From assembly GCA_964538855.1 (NCBI GenBank), contig CAZIEY010000001.1, positions 245,389 through 309,388 on the forward strand: a DNA stretch of 64,000 bases, in the 5' to 3' direction. Position numbers and translations under genes: made by a program. The notes beneath the pieces are model-generated. The model saw only the letters and a list, made by a program, of their open reading frames with translations, was not told the DNA's origin and ran no database searches. Numbering within the stretch: the first letter of the stretch is position 1; every line of letters begins with the position of its first letter. Shown piece after piece: positions 19,802 through 29,250 of this stretch. Source of the stretch: an uncultured Candidatus Saccharibacteria bacterium (lineage in GTDB: Bacteria > Patescibacteriota > Minisyncoccia > Phycocordibacterales > JAACPR01).

Positions 19802-20137
19802 TTAGTACGCCCGCTTTCCCTTTGTAGAAAGTGCGACGAGTTCGTTGAACGAATCCCCTACCGCGGCCTTATTTCTGCGTTCGTGACTACATTTCTGACA
19901 TTTTTGGACAATATAAAAAACATCGCTTTTATTTTCGAGGCTCGTCGGTTCCATCAATCCCCCGCAAGTCGCTGCGCGATCCCCAGGATTCACATCCACG
20001 TGTTTTGACCACAGACATTTCGGGCAATGATTTGTATAGCCGTTTCCATGCACCAGCTGTCCGCATTTTTCACACACAAAATCCTCCTCTCGCTTTTGAA
20101 ACTGCTTCGCCGGTAAACTTCCCTTTGATTCTGCCAT
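19802..20137 (-). CDS. RNHCP-domain protein
   Basis: FVCEKCG, NHCPKCLWSKHVD, PGDRA, CGGLM; start trimmed to avoid the tRNA. Confidence 0.85.
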   Translation of the reverse strand: MAESKGSLPAKQFQKREEDFVCEKCGQLVHGNGYTNHCPKCLWSKHVDVNPGDRAATCGGLMEPTSLENKSDVFYIVQKCQKCSHERRNKAAVGDSFNELVALSTKGKRAY

Positions 20138-20144
20138 ATAAATG

Positions 20145-20217
20145 TCGGAGCACTGGGATTCGAACCCAGAGTCATTCGCTCCCAAAGCGAACATGTTAGC
20201 CGTTACACCATGCTCCG
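20145..20217 (-). tRNA. tRNA-Pro(TGG)
   Basis: Cloverleaf, loop TT-TGG-GA; CCA not encoded. Confidence 0.95.
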
Positions 20218-20272
20218 ATATAACAAAGCAAATACTATCAGAAATGCGGCGATAAACAAGGGTCATATGCCT

Positions 20273-20773
20273 TTATTCAATCACGTTCTCGATAAACTCC
20301 ACCCGACCGATCATATCCGGCATGAAAAACACCACCGAAGCAACGTCTATTTGAAATTCTGTTTCATGAAGAACATTTTTTTCGGCTAAATACAGTGAGA
20401 TCGTGCGTTTCATACGTAACATCTTAAGCCGATTCACGGACTCAAGCGGATTATATCCCGAAAAATCATCCATTACGATCCCCAACCCATCATATGTTGT
20501 AATGTCCTTTGAAACGGTTTTGACCTCTATAAAATGCAAGACACCGTCCTTCTTTGCCACAATATCAATTTCTCCACACCTTCGGAGAAAATTCCTATCC
20601 AAGATCTGCATACCCTTCTCTGACTTTAACATTTCACACACAATTCCCTCTCCCCAATTCCCAAACTGGCGTTTTTGACTATATTTTTTAACAGAATCCT
20701 CGGCTACCTGTCCTATAAAGTCGGGCATTTTAAAAATTTCACTATCTACCCCATCATTATTTTTGTTATACAT
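20273..20773 (-). CDS. yraN: YraN/UPF0102 family protein
   Basis: G-x-WGE, RNF, GEIDIVA, FIEVKT; true start may be downstream. Confidence 0.85.
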   Translation of the reverse strand: MYNKNNDGVDSEIFKMPDFIGQVAEDSVKKYSQKRQFGNWGEGIVCEMLKSEKGMQILDRNFLRRCGEIDIVAKKDGVLHFIEVKTVSKDITTYDGLGIVMDDFSGYNPLESVNRLKMLRMKRTISLYLAEKNVLHETEFQIDVASVVFFMPDMIGRVEFIENVIE

Positions 20774-20902
20774 GTTTCATGAATAACATATCCGGTATGA
20801 AGAAGTGATAAATAAACAATGTAGAAATAATGAATTTTACAGACTAATAATCCACAGTGAATTGTTATTCATGAAACAAGTTATGTAGTTTCACGTGAAA
20901 CA
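20360..20902. promoter_or_regulatory. Cluster of parS-like palindromes
   Basis: TGTTTCATGAAGAACA 20360, TGTTTCATGAATAACA 20773, TGTTATTCATGAAACA 20863, AGTTTCACGTGAAACA 20887 versus consensus TGTTTCACGTGAAACA. Confidence 0.85.
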
Positions 20903-21055
20903 TAGGTCTTTTATCCACTCAAAGACAGATTTGACAAAAGGTCAAATATATCCTTACTTTACAACATATTTTAACGTTTTGCCTACTTGTAAAAGACTAA
21001 AAGATGATGTCTTTTATACACATGTCCCCAGTCTTATCCACAGTTTTGGGGATAC
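20848..21055. promoter_or_regulatory. DnaA-box cluster in AT-rich intergenic DNA
   Basis: TAATCCACA 20848, TTATCCACT 20911, TTATACACA 21014, TTATCCACA 21034. Confidence 0.7.
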
Positions 21056-21070
21056 GGTCTTATAGACTCT

Positions 21071-21144
21071 TGGTGCGGCCAGGGAGAATCGAACTCCCGT
21101 CTAATCCTTGGCAAGGACTCGTTCTACCACTAAACCATGGCCGC
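21071..21144 (-). tRNA. tRNA-Gly(GCC)
   Basis: Cloverleaf, loop TT-GCC-AA, encoded CCA. Confidence 0.96.
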
Positions 21145-21191
21145 AACAGGGAATATTATAAATAATCCCTAGCAAAATAACAAATTTGCTG

Positions 21192-21263
21192 TGCACCCGG
21201 AGGGACTCGAACCCCCAATAACGGTTCCGAAGACCGTTGTGATATCCATTTCACCACGGGTGC
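21192..21263 (-). tRNA. tRNA-Arg(TCG)
   Basis: Cloverleaf, loop CT-TCG-GA; CCA not encoded. Confidence 0.93.
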
Positions 21264-21340
21264 AAAAAACCTTTAACAACAAAGGAAATCATAGCTTATA
21301 GCTCGCTAAAAAGCAAAAGCTGATATAGAATAAAGTTGTT

Positions 21341-22804
21341 ATGAAATTGGATAACATTCCAAAAGAGGTGGTGCATGTCTCAGAGACCCTTGAAAACAAG
21401 GGTTTTGAGGCATATCTCGTGGGTGGATGCGTTCGAGATCTCATTTTAAAAAGGGAACCAAAGGATTGGGATATTACGACAAACGCAACTCCAGAACAGA
21501 TTATTTCACTATTTCCAGAGACTTTCTATGAAAACCGTTTCGGGACCGTTGGGGTAAAGACCGAAAGTGAAGATCCTTGCCTCAAGGTAGTCGAAGTAAC
21601 TCCATACCGCCTTGAAAGTAAGTATTCTGATAATCGACATCCGGACGAAGTCATTTTTAGCCAAAAATTGGATGATGATTTGCAGCGTCGCGATTTCACC
21701 ATGAACGCAATTGCCTATAGTATTTCTAAAGGACAAATGATTGACCTTTATAAAGGACAAGAAGATATTAAAGGACAAATCATCAGGACGGTAGGGGAGG
21801 CAGACTCCAGATTCACCGAGGATGCGCTCAGAATGCTCCGTGCCGTGCGTTTTGCTGCTGAATTAGGTTTCACGATTAACATCGACACTCTTTCGAGTAT
21901 TAGTAAAAACAAGGACTTGATGGCGAATGTTTCGCAGGAACGCATAAAAGATGAGTTCACAAAGATAATTCAATCAAATAACCCCATGATCGGCCTTGGT
22001 ATGGCACAGAAATTGGGAATTTTGCCATATATTTCAAAGAAATTAGAGGAAATGGTGGGTGTTGAACAAAATAAGCAGGCTCACATATACGATGTATGGG
22101 AACACTCCTTGCGAGCAATGCAACACGCAGCAGACAAGCAATTTCCATTTGAAATTCGGCTTGCAGCCCTGTTTCACGACATCGCGAAACCTGAAACCAA
22201 GCGAACTGCGGGGGACAAAACAACATTTCTCGGACACGAAGTAATCGGGGCTCGTGTTACTCGTGAAACACTCAAGAATCTCACTTTCTCAAAGGAAATC
22301 GTCGAGAAGGTTTCGAAATTAGTCCGTTGGCACATGTTTTTCTCTGATACTGAGGAAATTTCACTCTCTGCGGTGCGCCGCCTCGTGCGAAACGTTGGTC
22401 CGGAAAATATTTGGGATCTCATAAACTTGCGAATCTGCGATCGTATTGGTACCGGCCGACCAAAAGAAGAGCCGTATCGTTTGCGCAAGTTCCAATCCAT
22501 GATTGAAGAGGTGATGCGTGACCCTATTACTGTAAAAATGTTGAAAATCGACGGAAACATCATTATGAATGATTTGAAAATTGCTCCAGGACCTGTAATT
22601 GGTAATATTTTAAATGCGCTCCTAGAAGAAGTGCTTGAAAATCCAGCTCTAAACACGCCAGAATATCTTAATAAAAGGGCGGTGGAGATGTCTAATTTGC
22701 CTACAGAGGAACTCGCCGAGATGGGTAAGAAAGCCAAGGAAACTAACGCTGACGCAGACGAAGCCGAAATTACTAAATTGCGTCAAAAAAGGTTTGTAAA
22801 ATAA
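21341..22804 (+). CDS. cca: CCA tRNA nucleotidyltransferase with HD domain
   Basis: VGGCVRD, DWD, RRDFTMNA, EDALRMLR, LFHDIAK. Confidence 0.93.
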   Translation: MKLDNIPKEVVHVSETLENKGFEAYLVGGCVRDLILKREPKDWDITTNATPEQIISLFPETFYENRFGTVGVKTESEDPCLKVVEVTPYRLESKYSDNRHPDEVIFSQKLDDDLQRRDFTMNAIAYSISKGQMIDLYKGQEDIKGQIIRTVGEADSRFTEDALRMLRAVRFAAELGFTINIDTLSSISKNKDLMANVSQERIKDEFTKIIQSNNPMIGLGMAQKLGILPYISKKLEEMVGVEQNKQAHIYDVWEHSLRAMQHAADKQFPFEIRLAALFHDIAKPETKRTAGDKTTFLGHEVIGARVTRETLKNLTFSKEIVEKVSKLVRWHMFFSDTEEISLSAVRRLVRNVGPENIWDLINLRICDRIGTGRPKEEPYRLRKFQSMIEEVMRDPITVKMLKIDGNIIMNDLKIAPGPVIGNILNALLEEVLENPALNTPEYLNKRAVEMSNLPTEELAEMGKKAKETNADADEAEITKLRQKRFVK

Positions 22805-22817
22805 GGGGTTTTTGGGT

Positions 22818-23180
22818 ATAAAAAAACTACATAGAAATTTCCTGAAAAAAGCTGGCCAGTATACGGCTGCGCATCGTGATACGTTTAGTATTCGGATGCA
22901 AAGTGGGTTTTGGGGATGTATTTTATTTATTGTTGTAGCCAAACAAGTGGGATTGTTTTGACTCGCCGTGGCAAGTAGAGGAATTTGATCGCTTCTGATA
23001 AACAGAAGTAAGCAAATTCCTCTACTCGACAAGACTGTGCCGTACCCGCCACACTACGTGAAATTTATATATAGTTTTTTATTCTACTGTCTGGCGATAG
23101 CACCGCATAAAGTTTTGAGCCACAAGGGGCGAACCGCGCGCATGCCAGATTATTTTAATGAACAGAAATGAACTAACCTG
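22818..23180 (-). ncRNA. Candidate structured non-coding RNA, family unknown
   Basis: Nested stems and a minus-strand promoter at 23186-23215; no convincing ORF. Confidence 0.45.
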
Positions 23181-23185
23181 AAGAT

Positions 23186-23233
23186 AGTATACGTCCTATA
23201 AAGGACATATGTAAAGGACATGGATGTGGATAA
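23186..23233 (-). promoter_or_regulatory. Promoter with spacer palindrome and adjacent DnaA box
   Basis: TTTACA-18-TATACT; gtcctataaaggac 23193-23206; TGTGGATAA 23225. Confidence 0.55.
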
Positions 23234-23248
23234 CTGAATGTCCTTAAT

Positions 23249-23293
23249 AAAAACTCTTAATTTTAAAGTCCTCGGGTCGCATCACGCACGTTC
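23249..23293 (+). repeat. Half copy of dispersed palindromic element (family A)
   Basis: 32 nt identical to 52992-53023; continues with catcacgcacgttc shared with the 44862 copy. Confidence 0.85.
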
Positions 23294-23305
23294 TATTTAA
23301 GTCTA

Positions 23306-24094
23306 TTAAAGAGAGATATCAAGCAAAATAGGGCAGTGATCGGATCCTAAAACATCACCAAGAATTTCTGATTTTTTAATAGAATTTTTGAGAGCAGATG
23401 AAACGAAAAAATAATCGATTCTCCAACCCACATTTCTTTCGCGAGAAAAGGTTTTCATATCCCACCACGAGTAGGCGATTTTTTCTGGGTACAAATTACG
23501 GAAGGTATCGATATAGCCGGATGCGACGACAGAATCAACCCACGCGCGTTCAATTGGCAAAAATCCAACACTATCTTTGTTTTCTTTCGGACGAGCCAAA
23601 TCAATTTCGTTGTGGGCTACATTAACATCTCCACAGAAAATTATTTTTTTGTAACCGCACTTCTCGAGCTTCTTCAAATATTTCGTGAACTGAGCAAAAT
23701 ATTGTAATTTGAAATCGAATTTTTCGGGAGAACTACCTCCGTTAGGGAAGTAGCAATTGATCAAAACGTAACCTTTGTAAAACAGCGCGATCTGACGACC
23801 TTCATTATCGAGTTCAGGAATCCCAAAACCATATTCCACTTCCTCTGGCTCGTGTTTAGTGTAAATCGCAACACCACTGTAACCCTTGCGTGTACGAGCA
23901 TGATCATAATATGCAAAATATCCAGCGGGATTTCGCAATTCCTCTGACAGTTGTTCTGGGTGAGCCTTGGTTTCCTGAATACATAAAAAATCTGGTGCCT
24001 GCTTTAGAAACCAAGCTTGACAGCCTTTTTTAAACCACGCACGAATACCATTCACATTCCAAGAAACAATTTGTATATTTTTATTTTTTGTCAT
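23306..24094 (-). CDS. xth: Exodeoxyribonuclease III
   Basis: SWNVNG, QETK, GYSGV, GDVN, WRIDY, SDHCP. Confidence 0.97.
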   Translation of the reverse strand: MTKNKNIQIVSWNVNGIRAWFKKGCQAWFLKQAPDFLCIQETKAHPEQLSEELRNPAGYFAYYDHARTRKGYSGVAIYTKHEPEEVEYGFGIPELDNEGRQIALFYKGYVLINCYFPNGGSSPEKFDFKLQYFAQFTKYLKKLEKCGYKKIIFCGDVNVAHNEIDLARPKENKDSVGFLPIERAWVDSVVASGYIDTFRNLYPEKIAYSWWDMKTFSRERNVGWRIDYFFVSSALKNSIKKSEILGDVLGSDHCPILLDISL

Positions 24095-24103
24095 AGTTAT
24101 TTT

Positions 24104-25057
24104 TTATGCCTGCTCACTTTTCCCGTGAAACTTTTTGTGCACATCTCGCAAATGTTTGTCGGTGACGTGCGTATAAATTTGCGTCGTCGCGATATTCGAG
24201 TGACCAAGCATTGCTTGAACAGAACGCAAGTCTGCTCCGTTCGATAGCAAATCTGTTGCAAAACAATGACGAATCACGTGCGGTGTTACCTTTTTGGAAA
24301 TGCCGGCGATAGTCGCGTAGCGTTTTACAATGCGCTCGATTGATCGACGAGTCAAACCATCCTCTTTATTTTCCGGCTGTGTCCCACGTTTTTTCTCGTC
24401 GGAAATTTTTACAAAAAGTGCATCCGACATGTCTTTGCGAAGTTTCAAATATGCAGACACTGCTTTTTTCGCGCTGTCTGAAATAAAAACGACGCGCACC
24501 TTACCACCCTTACCACGAATCGACAGTTCATCTTGACCCAAGTCGATATCATTACCAAGCGAACACAATTCCGAGACACGCAAACCAGTCGAGAAGAGTA
24601 GTTGCAAAATAGCGTGACCACGAGCAGATTTTTCCGGGTCCTTGTCCTGATTCGGAGCATTGAGAAGACGCTTCAATTCATCGCGTGAAATAACATCTAT
24701 GGTTCGCTCACCAACTTTAGCAAGCTCGATTTGGTCGGCGGGGAGGGAAGTGATGCCACGGCGTGTCAAAAATTTTAAAAAAGTCCGCAAAGCAATCATG
24801 TAGTAATTCTGAGTCTTCTTTTTCATCGTCTCGCCGGTCGCGCGATTATTTCCAGCCGACTGTCGATTGAGCCACATACGGAACTCACGCACCACCGTTT
24901 CCGTGAGCTGTTTCGGTCCAGTAATTTTTGTCTGATTAATAAAAACCGTTAGATAGTGGTCATAATTTTGAATTGTGCGAAGAGCGCGACCCTTCTCGAT
25001 TTCGATATATTCGAGAAATTGCCGCTTGAGAGACTGAATTTCACTAGTTTGAGTCAT
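24104..25057 (-). CDS. XerC/XerD-family tyrosine recombinase
   Basis: TGLRVSEL, RGKGGK, HVIRH, LGH, TQIYT. Confidence 0.93.
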   Translation of the reverse strand: MTQTSEIQSLKRQFLEYIEIEKGRALRTIQNYDHYLTVFINQTKITGPKQLTETVVREFRMWLNRQSAGNNRATGETMKKKTQNYYMIALRTFLKFLTRRGITSLPADQIELAKVGERTIDVISRDELKRLLNAPNQDKDPEKSARGHAILQLLFSTGLRVSELCSLGNDIDLGQDELSIRGKGGKVRVVFISDSAKKAVSAYLKLRKDMSDALFVKISDEKKRGTQPENKEDGLTRRSIERIVKRYATIAGISKKVTPHVIRHCFATDLLSNGADLRSVQAMLGHSNIATTQIYTHVTDKHLRDVHKKFHGKSEQA

Positions 25058-25179
25058 ACTTGTTGCCAATTATAGCACTTTTGTATGTCGCACAATAATT
25101 TAGAGTGAAAATAGCTCAAAAACATTGAAAGTGAGCTGAAAACTTGCAAAAAAACCAAAGTGTGTTAATATATACCTCG

Positions 25180-25446
25180 ATGTTAACTACACGAAAAAAG
25201 TCCGCAATAATTAAGGACACACAGATTCACAAGACAGACACAGGGTCTGCTTTTGTTCAGGTTGCAATTTTAAATACTAAAATCGAAGAATTATCAAAGC
25301 ATTTGAAGAAAAATAACAAAGATAATCACTCTCGAAAGGGACTTCTCGGAATGGTTTCAAGACGCAACGCGACATTGAAATACATTGCAAAAAAAGATCC
25401 AAAGAAATTCAAGGAATTATCAAAGAAACTCGACGCAAAGAAATAA
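25180..25446 (+). CDS. rpsO: 30S ribosomal protein S15
   Basis: DTGS, QVAIL, HL...KDNHSRKGL. Confidence 0.97.
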   Translation: MLTTRKKSAIIKDTQIHKTDTGSAFVQVAILNTKIEELSKHLKKNNKDNHSRKGLLGMVSRRNATLKYIAKKDPKKFKELSKKLDAKK

Positions 25447-25556
25447 TCTTCGACAAAAAGCCCTGAAAATGGGTTTTTTGTTTCCTCGAACGGAATCAGT
25501 TAACATCGATTTAATAAAGTAGCGAGAAGGTGACAAATAAGTAGTACAATATACAA

Positions 25557-26090
25557 ATGACAGTAATCAAACACGCCGAGCAAAGAGTGGCGATTTTAAT
25601 AGACGCGCAAAACCTTTATCACTGTGCAAAAAATTTATACGGACGCAAAGTTAATTTCGGGGCAGTCGTCGCAGAAGCTCTCGCCAATCGAAAATTGGTG
25701 CGGGCTATCGCGTACGTAATCACCTCTGAAAGTGGTGACGAGAAAAGTTTCTTCGAGGCTCTCGGAAAAGTCGGTATCGAGACAAAAACAAAAGATTTAC
25801 AAATTTTCTCAGGTGGCGCTAAAAAAGCTGATTGGGACGTAGCAATCGCAGTAGACGCAATCAAGCTTGGCTCAAAAGTAGACTCAATCATCATCGCATC
25901 TGGAGACGGGGACTTTGTGCCGGTTGTTGAATATTTAAAATCAACCAGTGGTTGCCAAGTCGAGGCAATTTCCTTTGGCAAATCTTCGTCAAGCAAACTC
26001 ATCGAGTCGGTTGACGACTTCATCGACATGGACTTGAACCCGAAATTGTTCCTCATAGGCAAAACAAAAGTTTGGAAAAATCAGCAATAG
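25557..26090 (+). CDS. NYN-domain (LabA/DUF88) protein
   Basis: IDAQN, KADWDV, SGDGDF. Confidence 0.9.
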   Translation: MTVIKHAEQRVAILIDAQNLYHCAKNLYGRKVNFGAVVAEALANRKLVRAIAYVITSESGDEKSFFEALGKVGIETKTKDLQIFSGGAKKADWDVAIAVDAIKLGSKVDSIIIASGDGDFVPVVEYLKSTSGCQVEAISFGKSSSSKLIESVDDFIDMDLNPKLFLIGKTKVWKNQQ

Positions 26091-26107
26091 GAATTACAAT
26101 AGAGTAG

Positions 26108-27223
26108 ATGAGCGACGGTCAGAAATTTGATCCTAATGTAGACATTCGGAATCTTCGTACCTACGAAGAGGATATTAAAAATGCACTTGATGATGGCCAC
26201 GTGACCACCACCGACATTGTTTTAGCTGAACAAAAGAAACGTCAAGCATCGGTAACGATGGCAACAGCAAATAAAGAGCAGAAGCTCTTTGCGGAAGCAG
26301 CACCTGCAAAACCGAAAAGTCTCCCTATGATATTTGCGGGAATAGTACTGCTCGCACTTGGAGGCGGAGGAATTTATTACGCAATGAAATACGGAGTGCC
26401 TTTTGCGGGCACATCAAACAAACCGACAGTGAATGTAACACTCACGAACGAAACATTGCGTAGCGATAAAACAGTTACTATTACTACTCAAAATAAAACC
26501 CTCAGAGACATTATCGGGGGCATTCGTACGGAATTAAAAAAACAAAACCAGCTCGGACAAGAAGGGATTCTCGATATTAACATTGTAAAAAATGTAGAAG
26601 TTGAAGCAAATGGTCAAAAAACAATTCGAACTACAAAAATTGACTCTGCGGACTTCTTTGAAATATTGGAATCGAGTGCGCCAGAATCACTCGTGCGATC
26701 ATTCGCTCCAGAATTTATTATCGGTATTCACGAACTCAGCAAACCAGAGCCATTTATTTTGTTACAGACAAACGATTTCGAACAGAGTTTCGCGGGTATG
26801 CTTGCATGGGAGAAGTCTGGAATGATTGCGGACGTGCGTGATATTTTTTATGCAAACCTGGGTTCATCGCAATCGTTTCAAGGTGAAGCAACACCTACTG
26901 CCACACTTACACCAAACGCCACAGTTTCGACTTCTACAATCAATACGATAGAGACGAGCACAACAACAGCAACGACAACAACCGCGACAACCACGGTAGT
27001 TATTAAAAATACCGTCGTTGTTCAGGGTGGGGCGACATATGATCCGCAAAAATTTGTAGATTTGGTACTGCTCAACAAAGATGCGCGTGGAGTCCAAGAT
27101 TTCACAGGAAAATTGCTCCTTTTCTATACATTTATAGATAAAAAGAATCTCCTTATTACCACAAATCCTCAAACGCTTGAAATGGTGCAGCGTCAGCTCA
27201 ATATTACTAGTCTAATCAGATAG
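26108..27223 (+). CDS. Hypothetical single-pass membrane protein with Thr-rich insert
   Basis: LRTYEED N-terminus, TM helix, FAGMLAWE, poly-Thr tract. Confidence 0.75.
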   Translation: MSDGQKFDPNVDIRNLRTYEEDIKNALDDGHVTTTDIVLAEQKKRQASVTMATANKEQKLFAEAAPAKPKSLPMIFAGIVLLALGGGGIYYAMKYGVPFAGTSNKPTVNVTLTNETLRSDKTVTITTQNKTLRDIIGGIRTELKKQNQLGQEGILDINIVKNVEVEANGQKTIRTTKIDSADFFEILESSAPESLVRSFAPEFIIGIHELSKPEPFILLQTNDFEQSFAGMLAWEKSGMIADVRDIFYANLGSSQSFQGEATPTATLTPNATVSTSTINTIETSTTTATTTTATTTVVIKNTVVVQGGATYDPQKFVDLVLLNKDARGVQDFTGKLLLFYTFIDKKNLLITTNPQTLEMVQRQLNITSLIR

Positions 27224-27242
27224 AGTCTGATAAAATGTCTAT

Positions 27243-27614
27243 ATGAAAGACAAATTAAATGTAGAGACATACAAGGCGAAATTACTCGAAGAAAAGGCTC
27301 GACTCGAGAAAAACTTATCTGATGTTGGACGAAAAAATCCTGATACACCAGGAGATTGGGAAGCAACAGGAGATGAAACTGAAACCGAACCAATTTCAGA
27401 TCCAAACGACATCGCAGATTCTATGGAAGAATTCGAATCAAGATCAGCGACATTGGCTGAATTGGAAATCAGTCTCAAGGATGTAAACGACGCCCTCGCG
27501 AAAATCGAAAAAGGAACTTATGGTATATGCGAAATCAGCGGAGAACAAATTGAAGCTGACCGATTGAATGCAAATCCAGCCGCTCGAACCTGCAAAACTC
27601 ATATTAACGGATAG
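27243..27614 (+). CDS. TraR/DksA-family protein
   Basis: Coiled coil then ALAKIEKGTYGICE...RL..NPAARTC. Confidence 0.88.
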   Translation: MKDKLNVETYKAKLLEEKARLEKNLSDVGRKNPDTPGDWEATGDETETEPISDPNDIADSMEEFESRSATLAELEISLKDVNDALAKIEKGTYGICEISGEQIEADRLNANPAARTCKTHING

Positions 27615-27699
27615 CCTATACACAGAGCACACAAAAACTTTAGAATTTCTTTAGACTTTCTTGAAAGTTTCTTCACACCCAATCAGTATAATGATGGGT

Positions 27700-29250
27700 G
27701 TGATTTTTTCAAAAAACTTTTCAAAAGTATACAGCGCCCAGCCAGCACTTCTGAACGCGCGGCGAGTTGACGTAGAAGTGGATATTTCTCCAGGGCTGCA
27801 CACTTTTACTATTGTCGGGTTGCCAGACAAAGCTGTGGACGAGGCGCGTGACCGAGTCTCATCTGCCATCAAAAATTCTGGGTTTGTTTCGCCCAAACAA
27901 AAAAATCATAAAATTATTGTTTCTCTCGCCCCAGCTGACATTCGAAAAACTGGACCGACCTTTGACCTTGCCATTGCAGTTGGATATTTAAAATCGACGA
28001 GACAAATTGATTTTGATTCAGAGAAAAAATTGTTTGTGGGCGAATTATCGCTCGACGGGAAATTGCGTCCCATGAACGGTATTGTGCCGATTATGATTTT
28101 TGCCCAAAAGGCTGGGTTTACTGAAATCTTTATGCCGAAATCAAACGCAGTCGAGGCAGGACTCGTTGATAAAGTAAAAATTTTTGGGGCAGAAAGTCTC
28201 GACGAGGTTCTGATGCATTTGCGAGGCAAAAAAGAAATCGCAGTCGCTGCGAAAACAAAGACTGCCCCGGAAAATCTAGAGGTGGCGACACGATGGAAAA
28301 ATGAAACGGAATGGGGTCAAATTTTTGGACAAGAAAAAGCCAAAAGAGGATTGTTGATCGCGGCCGCAGGCGGACACAACATCGCTTTTTACGGTCCACC
28401 GGGAACAGGAAAAACGATGCTCGCAAATTCTCTTATTGGGCTTTTGCCGGCGCTTGATTATGAAAAAGTAATCGAGTGTACGTCGATACATTCAACCTTG
28501 ACCGAGCTACCACCATTTCGATCACCCCATCATACTTCGTCACACACTGCGATTGTTGGTGGAGGGGCATATATGAAACCAGGCGAGATTACTCTAGCTC
28601 ACAACGGGGTTCTATTTCTTGATGAATTTCCAGAATTTAATCGCCAAGTCGTTGAATCACTCCGTGAACCAATCGAACGCGGCTCAATTTCTATTTCAAG
28701 AGCTCATGAAAAAATAACCTTGCCGAGCAACTTCATTTTAGTCGTAGCAATGAATCCATGTCCGTGCGGATATTTCGAGACAGGAATCAAGCCGTGTGTA
28801 TGCACCCCACACAACATCAATCGATATCGCAAGAAAATTTCAGGCCCCATCGTCGATCGAATCGATATGTGGATTGAAGTTTCAAATGTCTCTTTTGAAA
28901 GCCTTGATTCTGCCGAAAAGTCTGGAGCAAATTTAAAAAATGGCGACGATTTTATAAAAATAAAATCCCAAGTACTAGCGGCTCGAAAAATTCAGCAACT
29001 GCGTTTCAATTCGCACAAACTAAACAAAGAAATTCCCGTAAAAAAGATTCCGGAATATTGCGCCATGGCGACTGAAGCAAAGAATATCCTTAGAACTTCT
29101 GCAGAGACTTTGAAATTATCGATGCGTGGATACCAAAAAATCATCAAATTAGCGCGCACTATCGCAGATCTAGATTCAAAAAATAGGGGAGGACAAATCA
29201 AAAAAGAACATATTTTAGAGGCGCTTCAATACAGACCGAAAATTAATTAA
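27700..29250 (+). CDS. comM: ComM/YifB Mg-chelatase-like AAA ATPase
   Basis: IVGLPD, GPPGTGKT, PFRSPHH, GEITLAHNG, NPCPCG; start uncertain. Confidence 0.93.
   Translation: MIFSKNFSKVYSAQPALLNARRVDVEVDISPGLHTFTIVGLPDKAVDEARDRVSSAIKNSGFVSPKQKNHKIIVSLAPADIRKTGPTFDLAIAVGYLKSTRQIDFDSEKKLFVGELSLDGKLRPMNGIVPIMIFAQKAGFTEIFMPKSNAVEAGLVDKVKIFGAESLDEVLMHLRGKKEIAVAAKTKTAPENLEVATRWKNETEWGQIFGQEKAKRGLLIAAAGGHNIAFYGPPGTGKTMLANSLIGLLPALDYEKVIECTSIHSTLTELPPFRSPHHTSSHTAIVGGGAYMKPGEITLAHNGVLFLDEFPEFNRQVVESLREPIERGSISISRAHEKITLPSNFILVVAMNPCPCGYFETGIKPCVCTPHNINRYRKKISGPIVDRIDMWIEVSNVSFESLDSAEKSGANLKNGDDFIKIKSQVLAARKIQQLRFNSHKLNKEIPVKKIPEYCAMATEAKNILRTSAETLKLSMRGYQKIIKLARTIADLDSKNRGGQIKKEHILEALQYRPKIN

Noticed and set aside
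20138-20266. N-terminal extension of the RNHCP ORF; also ORFs 16708..16923 and 63211..63393
   Set aside because: They overlap tRNA genes
22649-23032. 127-aa minus-strand ORF
   Set aside because: TTG start, overlaps cca antisense, no motifs; better explained as structured non-coding sequence
22818-23180. Assignment as tmRNA or RNase P RNA
   Set aside because: No tRNA-like ends, T-loop or GAGGAAAGTCC motif recognised on either strand
24104-25057. Integron integrase or ICE integrase
   Set aside because: Looks like a housekeeping Xer between xth and rpsO; no attC array or att duplication seen
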